A stretch of 64,000 nucleotides of DNA, from the sequence record OQ411014.1. One strand, given 5' to 3'. A program made the translations under genes and the position numbers. This document shows positions 1 through 9,119 of this stretch, one piece after another. Each line of letters begins with the position of its first letter. The stretch's first letter is position 1. The notes under the pieces are model-generated. The model was not told where the DNA came from. It did not search any database and saw only the letters and a list, made by a program, of their open reading frames with translations. The DNA comes from Escherichia phage EJP2.

Positions 1-379
1 TAGCAATGCACAAAACAGAAATCACCTGAATTCAGGTGAAAGTACTTCAAGCTATGGTTATTGGAAATATAACTTCGCTGGAGTATCATCGGATACTTTA
101 TACATTACGAACTATGTTCCGTCTGGAAATATCAGAATTGTCGATTCAGTACAACATTATGAATATTATGATATTGACACGGAAAAGCCAAGTCTGTATA
201 CTATATCCGATATCGTAATTAGAAATGAAAAGACATTGTTCAACATGGTATTTCCAACGACTACTAAACTGTTTTCGAAGGAATACATGAAGTTCACAAT
301 TCCATTGTCTCTGATTATGAACAACCAATAAGAACGCGGAGTTCTTATATAACATCAACTACCAAAGAGGTAATATAAA

Positions 380-1852
380 ATGCAAAACGTAAATTTCATC
401 CTAAACGCAGATAGTTACAAGCACTCTCATTTACTAATGATGAAAGAAGGTGTTCAAGCTCTTGAATCAAACATCATTGCTCGTAAACCATCTAAATTCA
501 CCAGTCATGTAGTTATGATGGGTCTTCAGATTTTCGTTCAGGAATATCTGGATATCACAATTACTGCGGCTGATATCGATGAAGCAGAGATTGAAACAAA
601 CGAACGTGGTGATGATTTTGACCGCGACTTCTGGGAACACATCGTGAATGTACACAAAGGTAAACTACCTTTACATATCCGTGCTATCCCTGAAGGTACA
701 GTAGTTCCAGTTGGTATGCCGTTGGTTCGCTCCTTCAGTACTGACCCACGTACTATGGTACTCGCTAGTTTCGTCGAAACTCAATTACAACGTGCAATCT
801 GGTTCCAAACTACTGTTGCATCTAATGCTCGCAGTATCAAGGAATTTCTTGCTGATACTATGGAACGTCATGCTGGTCATCGCTTTGTGGATTATCATCT
901 ACATAACTTCGGCTGTCGTGGTGCAAGTTCCTATGAAACAGCAATGCTCGCAGGTGTAGCTCATGCCGCTCTATTCAGTGGCTCTGACTGCCTATTAGCA
1001 AACCGTAGTATCAAATACTACTACAATACTACTAAACCATATGTTAGTAGTGTTATGGCGAGTGAACACAGTGCTACATGTTCTAACTCCGATGCAGACA
1101 AGCGTGATGATTCAGCAATGGCGTTGAAGATGGTTCGCCTATGGGAAAAGAAAGTAGATAAGTTCATTGCTAATGGTTCAGTTGGTGCACCCCCAATTGT
1201 TTCTGTAGTAATCGATACTTATGATGCTTATCGCTTTGTTCGTGAGTTCATCGGTACTCGTCTAAAATCTACAATCGAAGAGATTGCAGCTAAATGTCCA
1301 AGTGCTAAACTAGTAATGCGTCCTGATAGTGGTAATCCACTAACTATGCCAATCGAAATCGTATCTATCCTTATGGAGAAATTCGGTTCAGTACTGAATG
1401 CTAATGGCATGAAAGTACTTCCATCTTTCATTGGTGTTCTTCAGGGCGACGGAGTTTCAGAAAGTTCAATCCGTGAAATCGTCCACAACCTAGAGAAAAA
1501 GAACTACTCTCTAGAGAATCTAATCTTTGGTATGGGTGGTAAAAACTCCCACGTCGAAGGTGGTCGTGATGCATATTCTTTCGCCCAGAAAGGTTGTGCA
1601 CAGCAACTAGCTGATGGTACTTGGGAAGATTTGTTCAAAGATCCTATTACTGACGTTGGGAAAAAATCCCTTCGTGGTCGTGTAACTACTTACTTGTGCA
1701 AAGAAAGTGGGAAGATGATGGCTGAACGAATCGAACTACAAGAAGTAAATCCTTTCTTAGAAGATATGATGGTTGACATTTTTGTAAATGGTGATATCAT
1801 GAATCTAAGCTCTTTTGATGATGTACGTGCTCGTGCGAACAAGGGATTGTAA
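380..1852 (+). CDS. nadV: nicotinamide phosphoribosyltransferase (NadV/NAMPT family)
   Basis: 490 aa; motifs LNADSYKHSH, AIPEGTVVP, FGCRGASS, RPDSGNPL, LQGDGV match the NAMPT family as recalled; RBS aaagagg upstream. Confidence 0.9.
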   Translation: MQNVNFILNADSYKHSHLLMMKEGVQALESNIIARKPSKFTSHVVMMGLQIFVQEYLDITITAADIDEAEIETNERGDDFDRDFWEHIVNVHKGKLPLHIRAIPEGTVVPVGMPLVRSFSTDPRTMVLASFVETQLQRAIWFQTTVASNARSIKEFLADTMERHAGHRFVDYHLHNFGCRGASSYETAMLAGVAHAALFSGSDCLLANRSIKYYYNTTKPYVSSVMASEHSATCSNSDADKRDDSAMALKMVRLWEKKVDKFIANGSVGAPPIVSVVIDTYDAYRFVREFIGTRLKSTIEEIAAKCPSAKLVMRPDSGNPLTMPIEIVSILMEKFGSVLNANGMKVLPSFIGVLQGDGVSESSIREIVHNLEKKNYSLENLIFGMGGKNSHVEGGRDAYSFAQKGCAQQLADGTWEDLFKDPITDVGKKSLRGRVTTYLCKESGKMMAERIELQEVNPFLEDMMVDIFVNGDIMNLSSFDDVRARANKGL

Positions 1853-1857
1853 TATCA

Positions 1858-1885
1858 ATGGGGAGTCTTAGTACTCCCTTTTTTG
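1858..1885 (+). terminator. hairpin gggagt/actccc followed by T6
   Basis: inverted repeat plus T-tract directly after nadV stop. Confidence 0.6.
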
Positions 1886-1895
1886 CGAGGTTTAT

Positions 1896-2534
1896 ATGTG
1901 GTCTAAAGTAAAAGATAATCTAGATGCGTACATTATCCCACTACACGATGTGGTATGGCTACGAGATGAAGTACGTAAGGCAATGACCGAAGGTTATGCG
2001 TTTCCAGCAGAAGAAGATGAAATTCAAAAAGATGCATCAGTAGTTTCTGATGAAATGATTATCGGTTATCCAGATCCAGAAAATGAAAATATGTTCATGT
2101 TTGGATTCAAAGATGATGATTGTCTGGACGACCAAAGTATCATTGACCACATTACACATCGCTGTTGGGAAGATATTAGTGAAGCTGGTATTGTTTCATT
2201 TGGTGAAATGGAAAGTTTTTCAGCAGTTGTGTATAATGAAGATGTTCCAAATTTCCGTAAGCACAAGACAGAAGTGGATAACTTCCTAACTCATTTGATT
2301 GGTCGATCTATTGTTAGTGATGAGCCATCATTCCTCAATAACACTGCGGAATGTAAAGAATTCATCTTAGAACGATATGATTATGAAAATATGAAACGTA
2401 CTGCGACGAATAAGTGGGGCAACTTCAATTATCGTTTATTTGAAAATGATGAAGGAGATGTCGTGACAATCGTTACATACAATGCTAAACTGATCTCCTA
2501 CTATAACTTCAGATACAAAGACGAGGATCTATAA
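1896..2534 (+). CDS. hypothetical protein
   Basis: 212-aa ORF, gagg RBS, tight spacing with neighbours; no motif recognised. Confidence 0.5.
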   Translation: MWSKVKDNLDAYIIPLHDVVWLRDEVRKAMTEGYAFPAEEDEIQKDASVVSDEMIIGYPDPENENMFMFGFKDDDCLDDQSIIDHITHRCWEDISEAGIVSFGEMESFSAVVYNEDVPNFRKHKTEVDNFLTHLIGRSIVSDEPSFLNNTAECKEFILERYDYENMKRTATNKWGNFNYRLFENDEGDVVTIVTYNAKLISYYNFRYKDEDL

Positions 2535-2535
2535 A

Positions 2536-2748
2536 ATGGTTTTGACTTATCTTTTCATGTTCGGTATGTACGCAGTAACCACTGGTTGTGCATGGTTCCT
2601 GACTTCAATTACATTCATTGGTTGGGCCAATCGTGAAGGTAAAATCAAATACGGCTTGTGGTTCCGTGAGTTCAGTCCTTTTGTAGTACCACTATGGATT
2701 ACAACTATTGTAATTTATATTCTCATCCCAGTAGTATTCTTGGGTTGA
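2536..2748 (+). CDS. small hydrophobic (membrane) protein
   Basis: 70-aa ORF starting one nt after the upstream stop; two hydrophobic segments. Confidence 0.35.
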   Translation: MVLTYLFMFGMYAVTTGCAWFLTSITFIGWANREGKIKYGLWFREFSPFVVPLWITTIVIYILIPVVFLG

Positions 2749-2788
2749 CATTACAGTACTGTTCAAGATTTTCTAATAAGGATTATAT

Positions 2789-3391
2789 ATGACTTGTATT
2801 ATCGCTTTTACTGATGGTAAATCATCCTTCATCGCAGGTGACAAACTAGGTTCCAACGGCTTTACTAAATCAGTAATGGTTGAACCAAAAGTCTTTGAGA
2901 AAGAGTTTCATCGTGTTAGTACCAATGATGAAGGTACTGTGCGGACGCGTGAAACGATGGCACTCGGTTATACTACGTCATTTCGTATGGGACAACTTCT
3001 GTCTTACAATCTAGTACTGCCTGACCAAGATGCGAATCAATCCTTCAGTCAGTACCTGGTTCAGAAAGTAATTCCACTTATTCGTCATATGTTCAAAGAT
3101 GAATGGGGTGCACGTGATAGCTCACAAGATATTGGTGGTGGTCAGTTCATTATTCTGCATAACCACACTATCTACGAAGTTCAAGGTGACTTCTCAGTAC
3201 TGCAACCTAAGACACAAATTACTGCTGTAGGTTCAGGTACTTACCATGCAATTGCAGCTATGCAAGCACTACAAAGTGTTTCATCTGATACTAAGAAAGA
3301 TCTACTACATTACGTACCAACGATTTTTGATATTGTCAGTACTAATGTAACTTCAGTATCTGCTGAACATGATGTATTGCATTACAAATAA
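2789..3391 (+). CDS. HslV/proteasome-like Ntn-hydrolase peptidase
   Basis: N-terminus MTCIIAFTDGKSSFIAGD parallels HslV MTTIVSVRRNGHVVIAGD (Thr after Met); AVGSGTYHAIAAMQAL parallels HslV IGSGGPYAQAAARAL. Confidence 0.5.
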   Translation: MTCIIAFTDGKSSFIAGDKLGSNGFTKSVMVEPKVFEKEFHRVSTNDEGTVRTRETMALGYTTSFRMGQLLSYNLVLPDQDANQSFSQYLVQKVIPLIRHMFKDEWGARDSSQDIGGGQFIILHNHTIYEVQGDFSVLQPKTQITAVGSGTYHAIAAMQALQSVSSDTKKDLLHYVPTIFDIVSTNVTSVSAEHDVLHYK

Positions 3392-3582
3392 TGGTTGATA
3401 TATTTTTCATTGTAATGATGATGCTTGGTGTATTCGGGTTGATTGCAATTACCCGAATCACTGATAGACCATACACAGATAACATTGAACGCGTTTGTAT
3501 GTTTCTACTAAGTACTATAATGTTGGTTATCGTTGGTGTAGTAGGTTCTATGTTTGCAGAACTAATTCTAATTGCGTACTGA
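3391..3582 (+). CDS. small membrane protein
   Basis: 63-aa hydrophobic ORF, start overlaps upstream stop. Confidence 0.3.
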   Translation: MVDIFFIVMMMLGVFGLIAITRITDRPYTDNIERVCMFLLSTIMLVIVGVVGSMFAELILIAY

Positions 3583-3605
3583 TGTACGCTTTTTAAGGAG
3601 TACTT

Positions 3606-3839
3606 ATGGACTTAGCAGATTTGGTTTATGTTGTATCGTTAGTACTGTACGGTATTTGTATAGTACTGACTATGTTAGAATGGAGTACTTGGAGTGATGG
3701 TTTCAAAGAACTAAATGGTGAGTTTACCTCTAAATACTATGCAATTAGTTATTTTATCATGAAGTTAGGTATGATTGGAATGTATGGTATTTTGGGATAT
3801 CTATTCTACTTCTTACCTGAACATATGAGATTATTTTAG
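3606..3839 (+). CDS. small membrane protein
   Basis: 77-aa ORF with ggag RBS; hydrophobic segments. Confidence 0.35.
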   Translation: MDLADLVYVVSLVLYGICIVLTMLEWSTWSDGFKELNGEFTSKYYAISYFIMKLGMIGMYGILGYLFYFLPEHMRLF

Positions 3840-3849
3840 GAGATATAAA

Positions 3850-4281
3850 ATGGCAGGAAAAGGATATTGCAGCCTAAAACTTGATAAAGCACAAGCAAAG
3901 GAATTGAAACGGATTTTAAAAATCGGTGGCGTTGAATGCTTAGACCCTTCGGATTTGCATTGTACTTTAATGTACGATGAAAGTAATCCTAACATCAAAA
4001 TGCTCAAGAACACAAAGACTTATAAAGCTAAAGTAACTGGTGTTAGTAAATTGGGTGATGCGATTGTATTGGATTTGGAATCCCCTGGCATCAAGAAACG
4101 TCATCAGGAATTGAAGAATGCTGGTTATAAGCACTCATTCCCTGAATTGAAAATTCATATGAGCATCAACTACGATCCAAAAAGTACTGATAAGGATTTA
4201 CTAGAACTCTTTATCAAATTGAAGGGTATTCCTTCAGTACTGATATTTGGTAATGAAAAATTTGAATCTCTAAAGCCGTAA
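3850..4281 (+). CDS. 2H phosphoesterase-family protein (LigT/Acb1-like fold)
   Basis: two H-x-T/S-x motifs (HCTL near residue 37, HMSI near residue 113) at the spacing typical of 2H phosphoesterases; 143 aa. Confidence 0.5.
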   Translation: MAGKGYCSLKLDKAQAKELKRILKIGGVECLDPSDLHCTLMYDESNPNIKMLKNTKTYKAKVTGVSKLGDAIVLDLESPGIKKRHQELKNAGYKHSFPELKIHMSINYDPKSTDKDLLELFIKLKGIPSVLIFGNEKFESLKP

Positions 4282-4291
4282 GGAGTATATA

Positions 4292-5050
4292 ATGGACGTG
4301 AATAAATTTCTTGACAACAAAGGACAAAAGCGTCTGTTAGTACTAACTGGTGCGGGTTTCAGTGCGGAATCTGGAGTTAGTACATTTCGTGATGCAGAAG
4401 ATGCCCTATGGGAAGGTGTGAAGATTAACGATGTATGTAACATTGCGAGCTTAGGCTTTAAGTACGCACAAGTACATGCATTCTACAACACACTAAGAAC
4501 TATCATCAAGGACAAAGAGCCTAACGAAGCACACTATGAAATTAGCGTTATGGAGTCAATGTACGGGGATAACTTCCTACACATGACTGCTAATATCGAT
4601 GATTTATATGAGCGTGCTGGTGGCACTGCTATGCACCTTCATGGCAACATCAAAGAAGTCATTGAGAACTATTCAATGGCACATAACGACTTTACAGTAC
4701 TGGATGTTGGATATGAAGTTTATATTCCAAAGGAAGGTGTATTTGCTAAACCTAATGTAGTATTCATTGGTGAATCAGAGCGTTATGTGAATAACCAGCG
4801 TATTCCGTTGTATGAAGAACGAAATAAAGTACTGGCATCCTTGACAGACTTAGATACCGTTGTTATCATTGGTTCATCGGATACAATCCTGAAGTGGAGT
4901 TCGTTGGTTGGTTTAGGCACACCAGCTTATACCATCAACATCAACACAAGAAAGAATGACACTGACTGGGCGTTCGATAAGAAGATTTACAAGCCAGTAA
5001 CTAAAGCGTTATTGGAATTGAGGGAGTTAGTTCTTACACGGATGGGATAG
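4292..5050 (+). CDS. Sir2-family protein lacking the zinc ribbon
   Basis: GAGFSAESGVSTFR, TANIDDLYERAGG, HLHG, PNVVFIGES, VVIIGSS match sirtuin core motifs; no CxxC pairs after the HG motif. Confidence 0.7.
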   Translation: MDVNKFLDNKGQKRLLVLTGAGFSAESGVSTFRDAEDALWEGVKINDVCNIASLGFKYAQVHAFYNTLRTIIKDKEPNEAHYEISVMESMYGDNFLHMTANIDDLYERAGGTAMHLHGNIKEVIENYSMAHNDFTVLDVGYEVYIPKEGVFAKPNVVFIGESERYVNNQRIPLYEERNKVLASLTDLDTVVIIGSSDTILKWSSLVGLGTPAYTININTRKNDTDWAFDKKIYKPVTKALLELRELVLTRMG

Positions 5051-5059
5051 GAGTGAGTT

Positions 5060-5614
5060 ATGGATTTTACAGAGATACCATTCGGACAACGCAGTGAAAG
5101 ATTTGACTGTGCGTTCGTTTGGATCTACGCTAAGAATTGCACACCATACAAGGATTATCCATATAATGATATTCCTAACGTATCTTTAGTACTGACAGAG
5201 TTACGCTTTGATGGTCTAATGGGTGCGGTTGGTGGAGCAGTTGAGGATGATGATCCTTCATTGGAAGTGGCAGTGCAACGTGAAGCCTTAGAGGAAATAA
5301 ACTTTTCTCTTGACATTACTAATCTGAAACCGTTATTATCATTACGTTCCCCATACGGAGCACATAACCATAGTTTCTCGTACGAAGTACAGTACGATGA
5401 GCTACTAGAGATTCGGAACAACGCATACAAAGGTGCTCACTTCAGTGCTGAAAATGCGGGTGTAAATCTGATTCACGTATGTCGCTATACGAAGGGAAGA
5501 GGGAACGAATGTGGTTACAATAACATTCTTACACAGAATTTTATTGGCACATCCAAACTGGAACTAGAGCGTTTAGTTCATAATGAAAATTTACTAATAA
5601 ATTACCTTGCATAA
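5060..5614 (+). CDS. Nudix-like hydrolase (imperfect Nudix box)
   Basis: GGAVEDDDPSLEVAVQREALEEINF contains REALEE with altered spacing from the canonical Nudix box. Confidence 0.45.
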   Translation: MDFTEIPFGQRSERFDCAFVWIYAKNCTPYKDYPYNDIPNVSLVLTELRFDGLMGAVGGAVEDDDPSLEVAVQREALEEINFSLDITNLKPLLSLRSPYGAHNHSFSYEVQYDELLEIRNNAYKGAHFSAENAGVNLIHVCRYTKGRGNECGYNNILTQNFIGTSKLELERLVHNENLLINYLA

Positions 5615-5624
5615 AGGATAAAAT

Positions 5625-5957
5625 ATGTATAAGATGTTTATAGACGACCTTCGGGATGCAGAGAAGCATTACCCAAATGAAGGATTCATCGTCACAAGGA
5701 CTTACAATGAAGCTGTACAGTACGTACAAGAACATGGTCTACCTAGTTTTGTTTCATTCGACCATGACTTGGGCGACACTGACAGTACTGATGAGAAGAC
5801 TGGATATTCTTTTGCTAAGTTCCTCATCGAGTACATGATTGATAACGATTTGCGGGAACCGTTTGAGTACTTTATTCACAGTGCTAATCCAGTTGGTGCA
5901 GAGAATATCAAACAGTACTTGCAAAATGGGTTCAACTTTATCCAAGGGCAAGCATGA
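5625..5957 (+). CDS. hypothetical protein
   Basis: 110-aa ORF with aaggat RBS. Confidence 0.45.
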   Translation: MYKMFIDDLRDAEKHYPNEGFIVTRTYNEAVQYVQEHGLPSFVSFDHDLGDTDSTDEKTGYSFAKFLIEYMIDNDLREPFEYFIHSANPVGAENIKQYLQNGFNFIQGQA

Positions 5958-6244
5958 AAGTAATAACATTTATTCTGATTTTGATTGTTGTTGTTGGTAT
6001 TCGCCTTAAAATAGCGGAGAACCAATACAACACTGAAAGACTGAATATTACGAAAGAATCTGGAACAGTAGTTGCAACTGGACAATGCAACAAATACACT
6101 TGTGCTTACTCTGTAAAAACCTCTAGTGGTTCTACAGTGAACAGTACTGGTGACACTCCGGTAAGTCTCGGTCAAATCGTATACCGTGAATGCTGGGAAG
6201 AAAGGGTCAGGGGTCCGCGTTGTTACGTAGACTTTAGACCATAA
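5954..6244 (+). CDS. hypothetical protein with N-terminal signal or anchor
   Basis: 96 aa; hydrophobic N-terminus VITFILILIVVVG; ATGA start/stop overlap with upstream gene. Confidence 0.4.
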   Translation: MKVITFILILIVVVGIRLKIAENQYNTERLNITKESGTVVATGQCNKYTCAYSVKTSSGSTVNSTGDTPVSLGQIVYRECWEERVRGPRCYVDFRP

Positions 6245-6269
6245 AACACTATCATGAAAAGGGAATTTT

Positions 6270-7724
6270 ATGAAAAAATATGCTATTGATACAAACGTAC
6301 TTCTAAGCGATCCAAACGCAGCAACCGCTTTCAAAGGTGCTACAGTGGTTCTACCATTTACAGTACTGGAAGAAATGGACTCCATCAAGAGTCGTGGTGT
6401 TGACGTTAGCCGTGATGCACGTGTAGCAATTCGCAATATCAGTAACATCCTGGAAGACGCGTCTCATGAAGAGATTAGTACTACTGGGGTTGATATGTCC
6501 AAACTACATCCACATTTAGATTCCGACAGTCGTCTAATGATTGTTACATCTGAAGAAGCTGAAGCACTTCTACGTGTTGCAGGTATTGATAAGTCCGATG
6601 CTGAACTTACAAAAGTTGCTACACTAATGAACAGTACTGTACCGGATGACAAGATTATTCTTGTTGCTCTAGCTACAGAATCAGTACTGGTTACTCGTGA
6701 TATCAACATGCGTATCAAAGCTATGGCTTATGGTGTTGAAGTTCAGGACTATCGTAGTGATGTTACTATTTCCGATTCTGACCTACTACATATTGGGAAC
6801 CACAAACTAGAGTTTTCGTTCTGGGATACCATTGCGGATCGTGGTTTAGAAGTTTTCAGTACTAAAGAAGGTCGTAACACTTATCAACTAATTGCTAAAG
6901 ATGCAATTCAGGATCTACTACCAGAAAATCTATGCGTTGGTGACTATCTATATGATGACACTGATTTGCTAATGGTATATGATGGAGAAGGTGATCGTGA
7001 GTTCTCTGATGGTGAAGTTGATGACACAGTGTACTCCGTGTTCATTGATGTTGGTCAACACAGTGCAATGCGTACTAAGATTTGGGATATCAAAGCTAAG
7101 AACGTGAAACAAGCAATGGCAATCAACAGTATTCTTGACCCTAATGTTCACTTGACAGTACTGTTAGGTTCTGCGGGTACAGGTAAGACTTTGATTACTC
7201 TAGCATGTGCACTAGAACTAACATTAGAGAAGCGTCAGTACGATAAAGTTATTTTCTCTAAAACCCAAGACTCACAGTTTGATGAAATTGGTTTCTTACC
7301 AGGAACCGAAATGGAAAAAATGCTTCCGAATTGTGGACCTGCACTGGATGCATTGGAATTCCTTCACAAAGATGATGCTAACCCTCAAGGTTCAATTGAA
7401 GAAATCATCAAACGTAATGTTGTACAATTCAAAGCACTGAACTTTATTCGTGGACGTTCGTTTACCAATACAATTCTAGTTGTTGATGAATTCCAAAACA
7501 TTACTCCGGCTCAAGCTAAAACTATCTTGACACGGGCAGGAATGAACTGTAAAGTTATCATCATGGGTAACTTAGCACAGATTGATAGTAAGTTTATCAG
7601 TTCTGTAAACAGCGGTTTGACCTATGTAGTTGAGAAGTTCAAAGATTGGGAAGGTTGTCGTATCATCGAACTCGAAGGTGTTGTACGTTCTGCACTAGCT
7701 GAATTCGCTGAAGAAAATATGTAA
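6270..7724 (+). CDS. phoH: PIN-domain / PhoH-like ATPase fusion
   Basis: N-terminal YAIDTNVLLSDP (PIN-like); Walker A LLGSAGTGKT; Walker B-like VVDEFQNI. Confidence 0.8.
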   Translation: MKKYAIDTNVLLSDPNAATAFKGATVVLPFTVLEEMDSIKSRGVDVSRDARVAIRNISNILEDASHEEISTTGVDMSKLHPHLDSDSRLMIVTSEEAEALLRVAGIDKSDAELTKVATLMNSTVPDDKIILVALATESVLVTRDINMRIKAMAYGVEVQDYRSDVTISDSDLLHIGNHKLEFSFWDTIADRGLEVFSTKEGRNTYQLIAKDAIQDLLPENLCVGDYLYDDTDLLMVYDGEGDREFSDGEVDDTVYSVFIDVGQHSAMRTKIWDIKAKNVKQAMAINSILDPNVHLTVLLGSAGTGKTLITLACALELTLEKRQYDKVIFSKTQDSQFDEIGFLPGTEMEKMLPNCGPALDALEFLHKDDANPQGSIEEIIKRNVVQFKALNFIRGRSFTNTILVVDEFQNITPAQAKTILTRAGMNCKVIIMGNLAQIDSKFISSVNSGLTYVVEKFKDWEGCRIIELEGVVRSALAEFAEENM

Positions 7725-7731
7725 TATATTG

Positions 7732-7758
7732 GGGGAGTTTCAATACTCCCCATTCATT
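7732..7758 (+). terminator. hairpin ggggagt/actcccc with interrupted T-tract
   Basis: inverted repeat directly after the phoH stop. Confidence 0.45.
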
Positions 7759-7971
7759 TGGACAGTACTATGAGTTTAGATTTGAACTTAGTTCGACACG
7801 CACTGTCACGGTTTGATTGGGCTGATACATTATTTTCGTTAGCTGAACAATCATTATCAACGGTTCCGGCTGATAACACTGACAGGCTTAAGCGTTTGTC
7901 GTTGTTATACAAAACACAAGCCTTAGTGAATCATGACAGAATTTTGAATAGAAGAAAAATGTTATAAATTA

Positions 7972-8001
7972 TTGAGACAAAACTCAATACTATGATATAA
8001 T
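7972..8001 (+). promoter_or_regulatory. sigma70-like promoter TTGAGA-N18-TATAAT with TGA extended -10
   Basis: ttgaga at 7972-7977, tgatataat ending 8001; member of the recurring promoter family. Confidence 0.55.
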
Positions 8002-8031
8002 AGATACATCAACAACAAAGAGGAAATAAAC

Positions 8032-8280
8032 ATGGAACAGAATAAAAAAGAAGCTCAAAACTCCCGTCGCGTAGCAATGGATAAACTATCCGCTCTAACA
8101 GAACTCAAGAAACTACGTCGTGACGGTATCCTAACTCGTCAACAGTTCCGTCGTGAAGTATGGGACAAAGGTCTACAAACTGGCGTGAAAGGTGTTCCAG
8201 AAATCACTGCTTTCGAAGTTGTGAAAGTAGATGGTAAGAAAGCACTAACCGTTCAAGTTCGTCCTTGGGGTCGTATCTGA
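8032..8280 (+). CDS. hypothetical basic protein
   Basis: 82-aa ORF, RBS agagga, downstream of promoter and upstream of strong terminator. Confidence 0.5.
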   Translation: MEQNKKEAQNSRRVAMDKLSALTELKKLRRDGILTRQQFRREVWDKGLQTGVKGVPEITAFEVVKVDGKKALTVQVRPWGRI

Positions 8281-8368
8281 AACGGGCATATTCTAAACAA
8301 TTTTGATAAATAACATTACAAGAATAATAATAAAGTTATTTAACTCCATGTTGTTTAGTTATACTTTC

Positions 8369-8397
8369 CAGCCCACTAATTTAGTGGGCTTTTTTTA
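8369..8397 (+). terminator. hairpin agcccact/agtgggct followed by T7
   Basis: perfect 8-bp stem, 5-nt loop, T-tract. Confidence 0.8.
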
Positions 8398-8409
8398 TGT
8401 GGTGACTAT

Positions 8410-9108
8410 ATGAATTTCGAACAGACAGTACTGAAAGCTGTTAGAGAACACGTAATATACTTCAGTGGTTACAGTACTTTTAGGGGGTATTACATCGTTG
8501 GTTCATTCATGCAATGTAAACGTTGTATCTTCATGGAACCTAAAGATATAGATGTAATTATTGTAACCAATGAGAAAGAAGAAATAGGTGAAAAGGAATA
8601 TAGTTTCTTCATTGAAGAAGCTGATAACATTGAAGTTAATGTTACAGTACTGACACCTGTTGAAAACCTAAATTCTATAATCAGACTCGAACCAAAGTAC
8701 TTTGATTCATTCTGTTCATCTAAGTCTCTTGAATGGGACATTGATGGTATTCGTAATATTTCTAATTCTGAAATCAGGTCTAAGGTCATGAAGTTCTCTG
8801 ACTTAGCTTTCAACAAAGGCAAAAAGAAACTCACCATAGAAAAAGATTACGATGAAGAATTAGGACTCAAGAATATTTGTCATGCTTATCGTTTTCTGAT
8901 TGATGCTATCCGGTTCTATTACCCATCTACACCTATGTTAGAGAAAGAGATGATGGACTTAGGTTATAGCAAGTACCGCAATCGGGTTTATAAAATTTAC
9001 AAAAATACGCAAGGTACACTTGACGATAAGTACCAAGCTATGGTAAAGTACGCTAAACCTGAATACAACAGGATGTGTTCAGAGTTTAGGAAATTGTTCC
9101 CTCGATAA
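8410..9108 (+). CDS. hypothetical protein
   Basis: 232-aa ORF; weak GS...DID nucleotidyltransferase-like pattern only. Confidence 0.45.
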   Translation: MNFEQTVLKAVREHVIYFSGYSTFRGYYIVGSFMQCKRCIFMEPKDIDVIIVTNEKEEIGEKEYSFFIEEADNIEVNVTVLTPVENLNSIIRLEPKYFDSFCSSKSLEWDIDGIRNISNSEIRSKVMKFSDLAFNKGKKKLTIEKDYDEELGLKNICHAYRFLIDAIRFYYPSTPMLEKEMMDLGYSKYRNRVYKIYKNTQGTLDDKYQAMVKYAKPEYNRMCSEFRKLFPR

Positions 9109-9119
9109 AAGGAGTTTAT

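Noticed and set aside
5876-6448. 190-aa minus-strand ORF overlapping plus-strand genes at 5954 and 6270
   Set aside because: Overlaps two well-supported plus-strand genes and lacks an RBS; the whole region is plus-strand transcribed.
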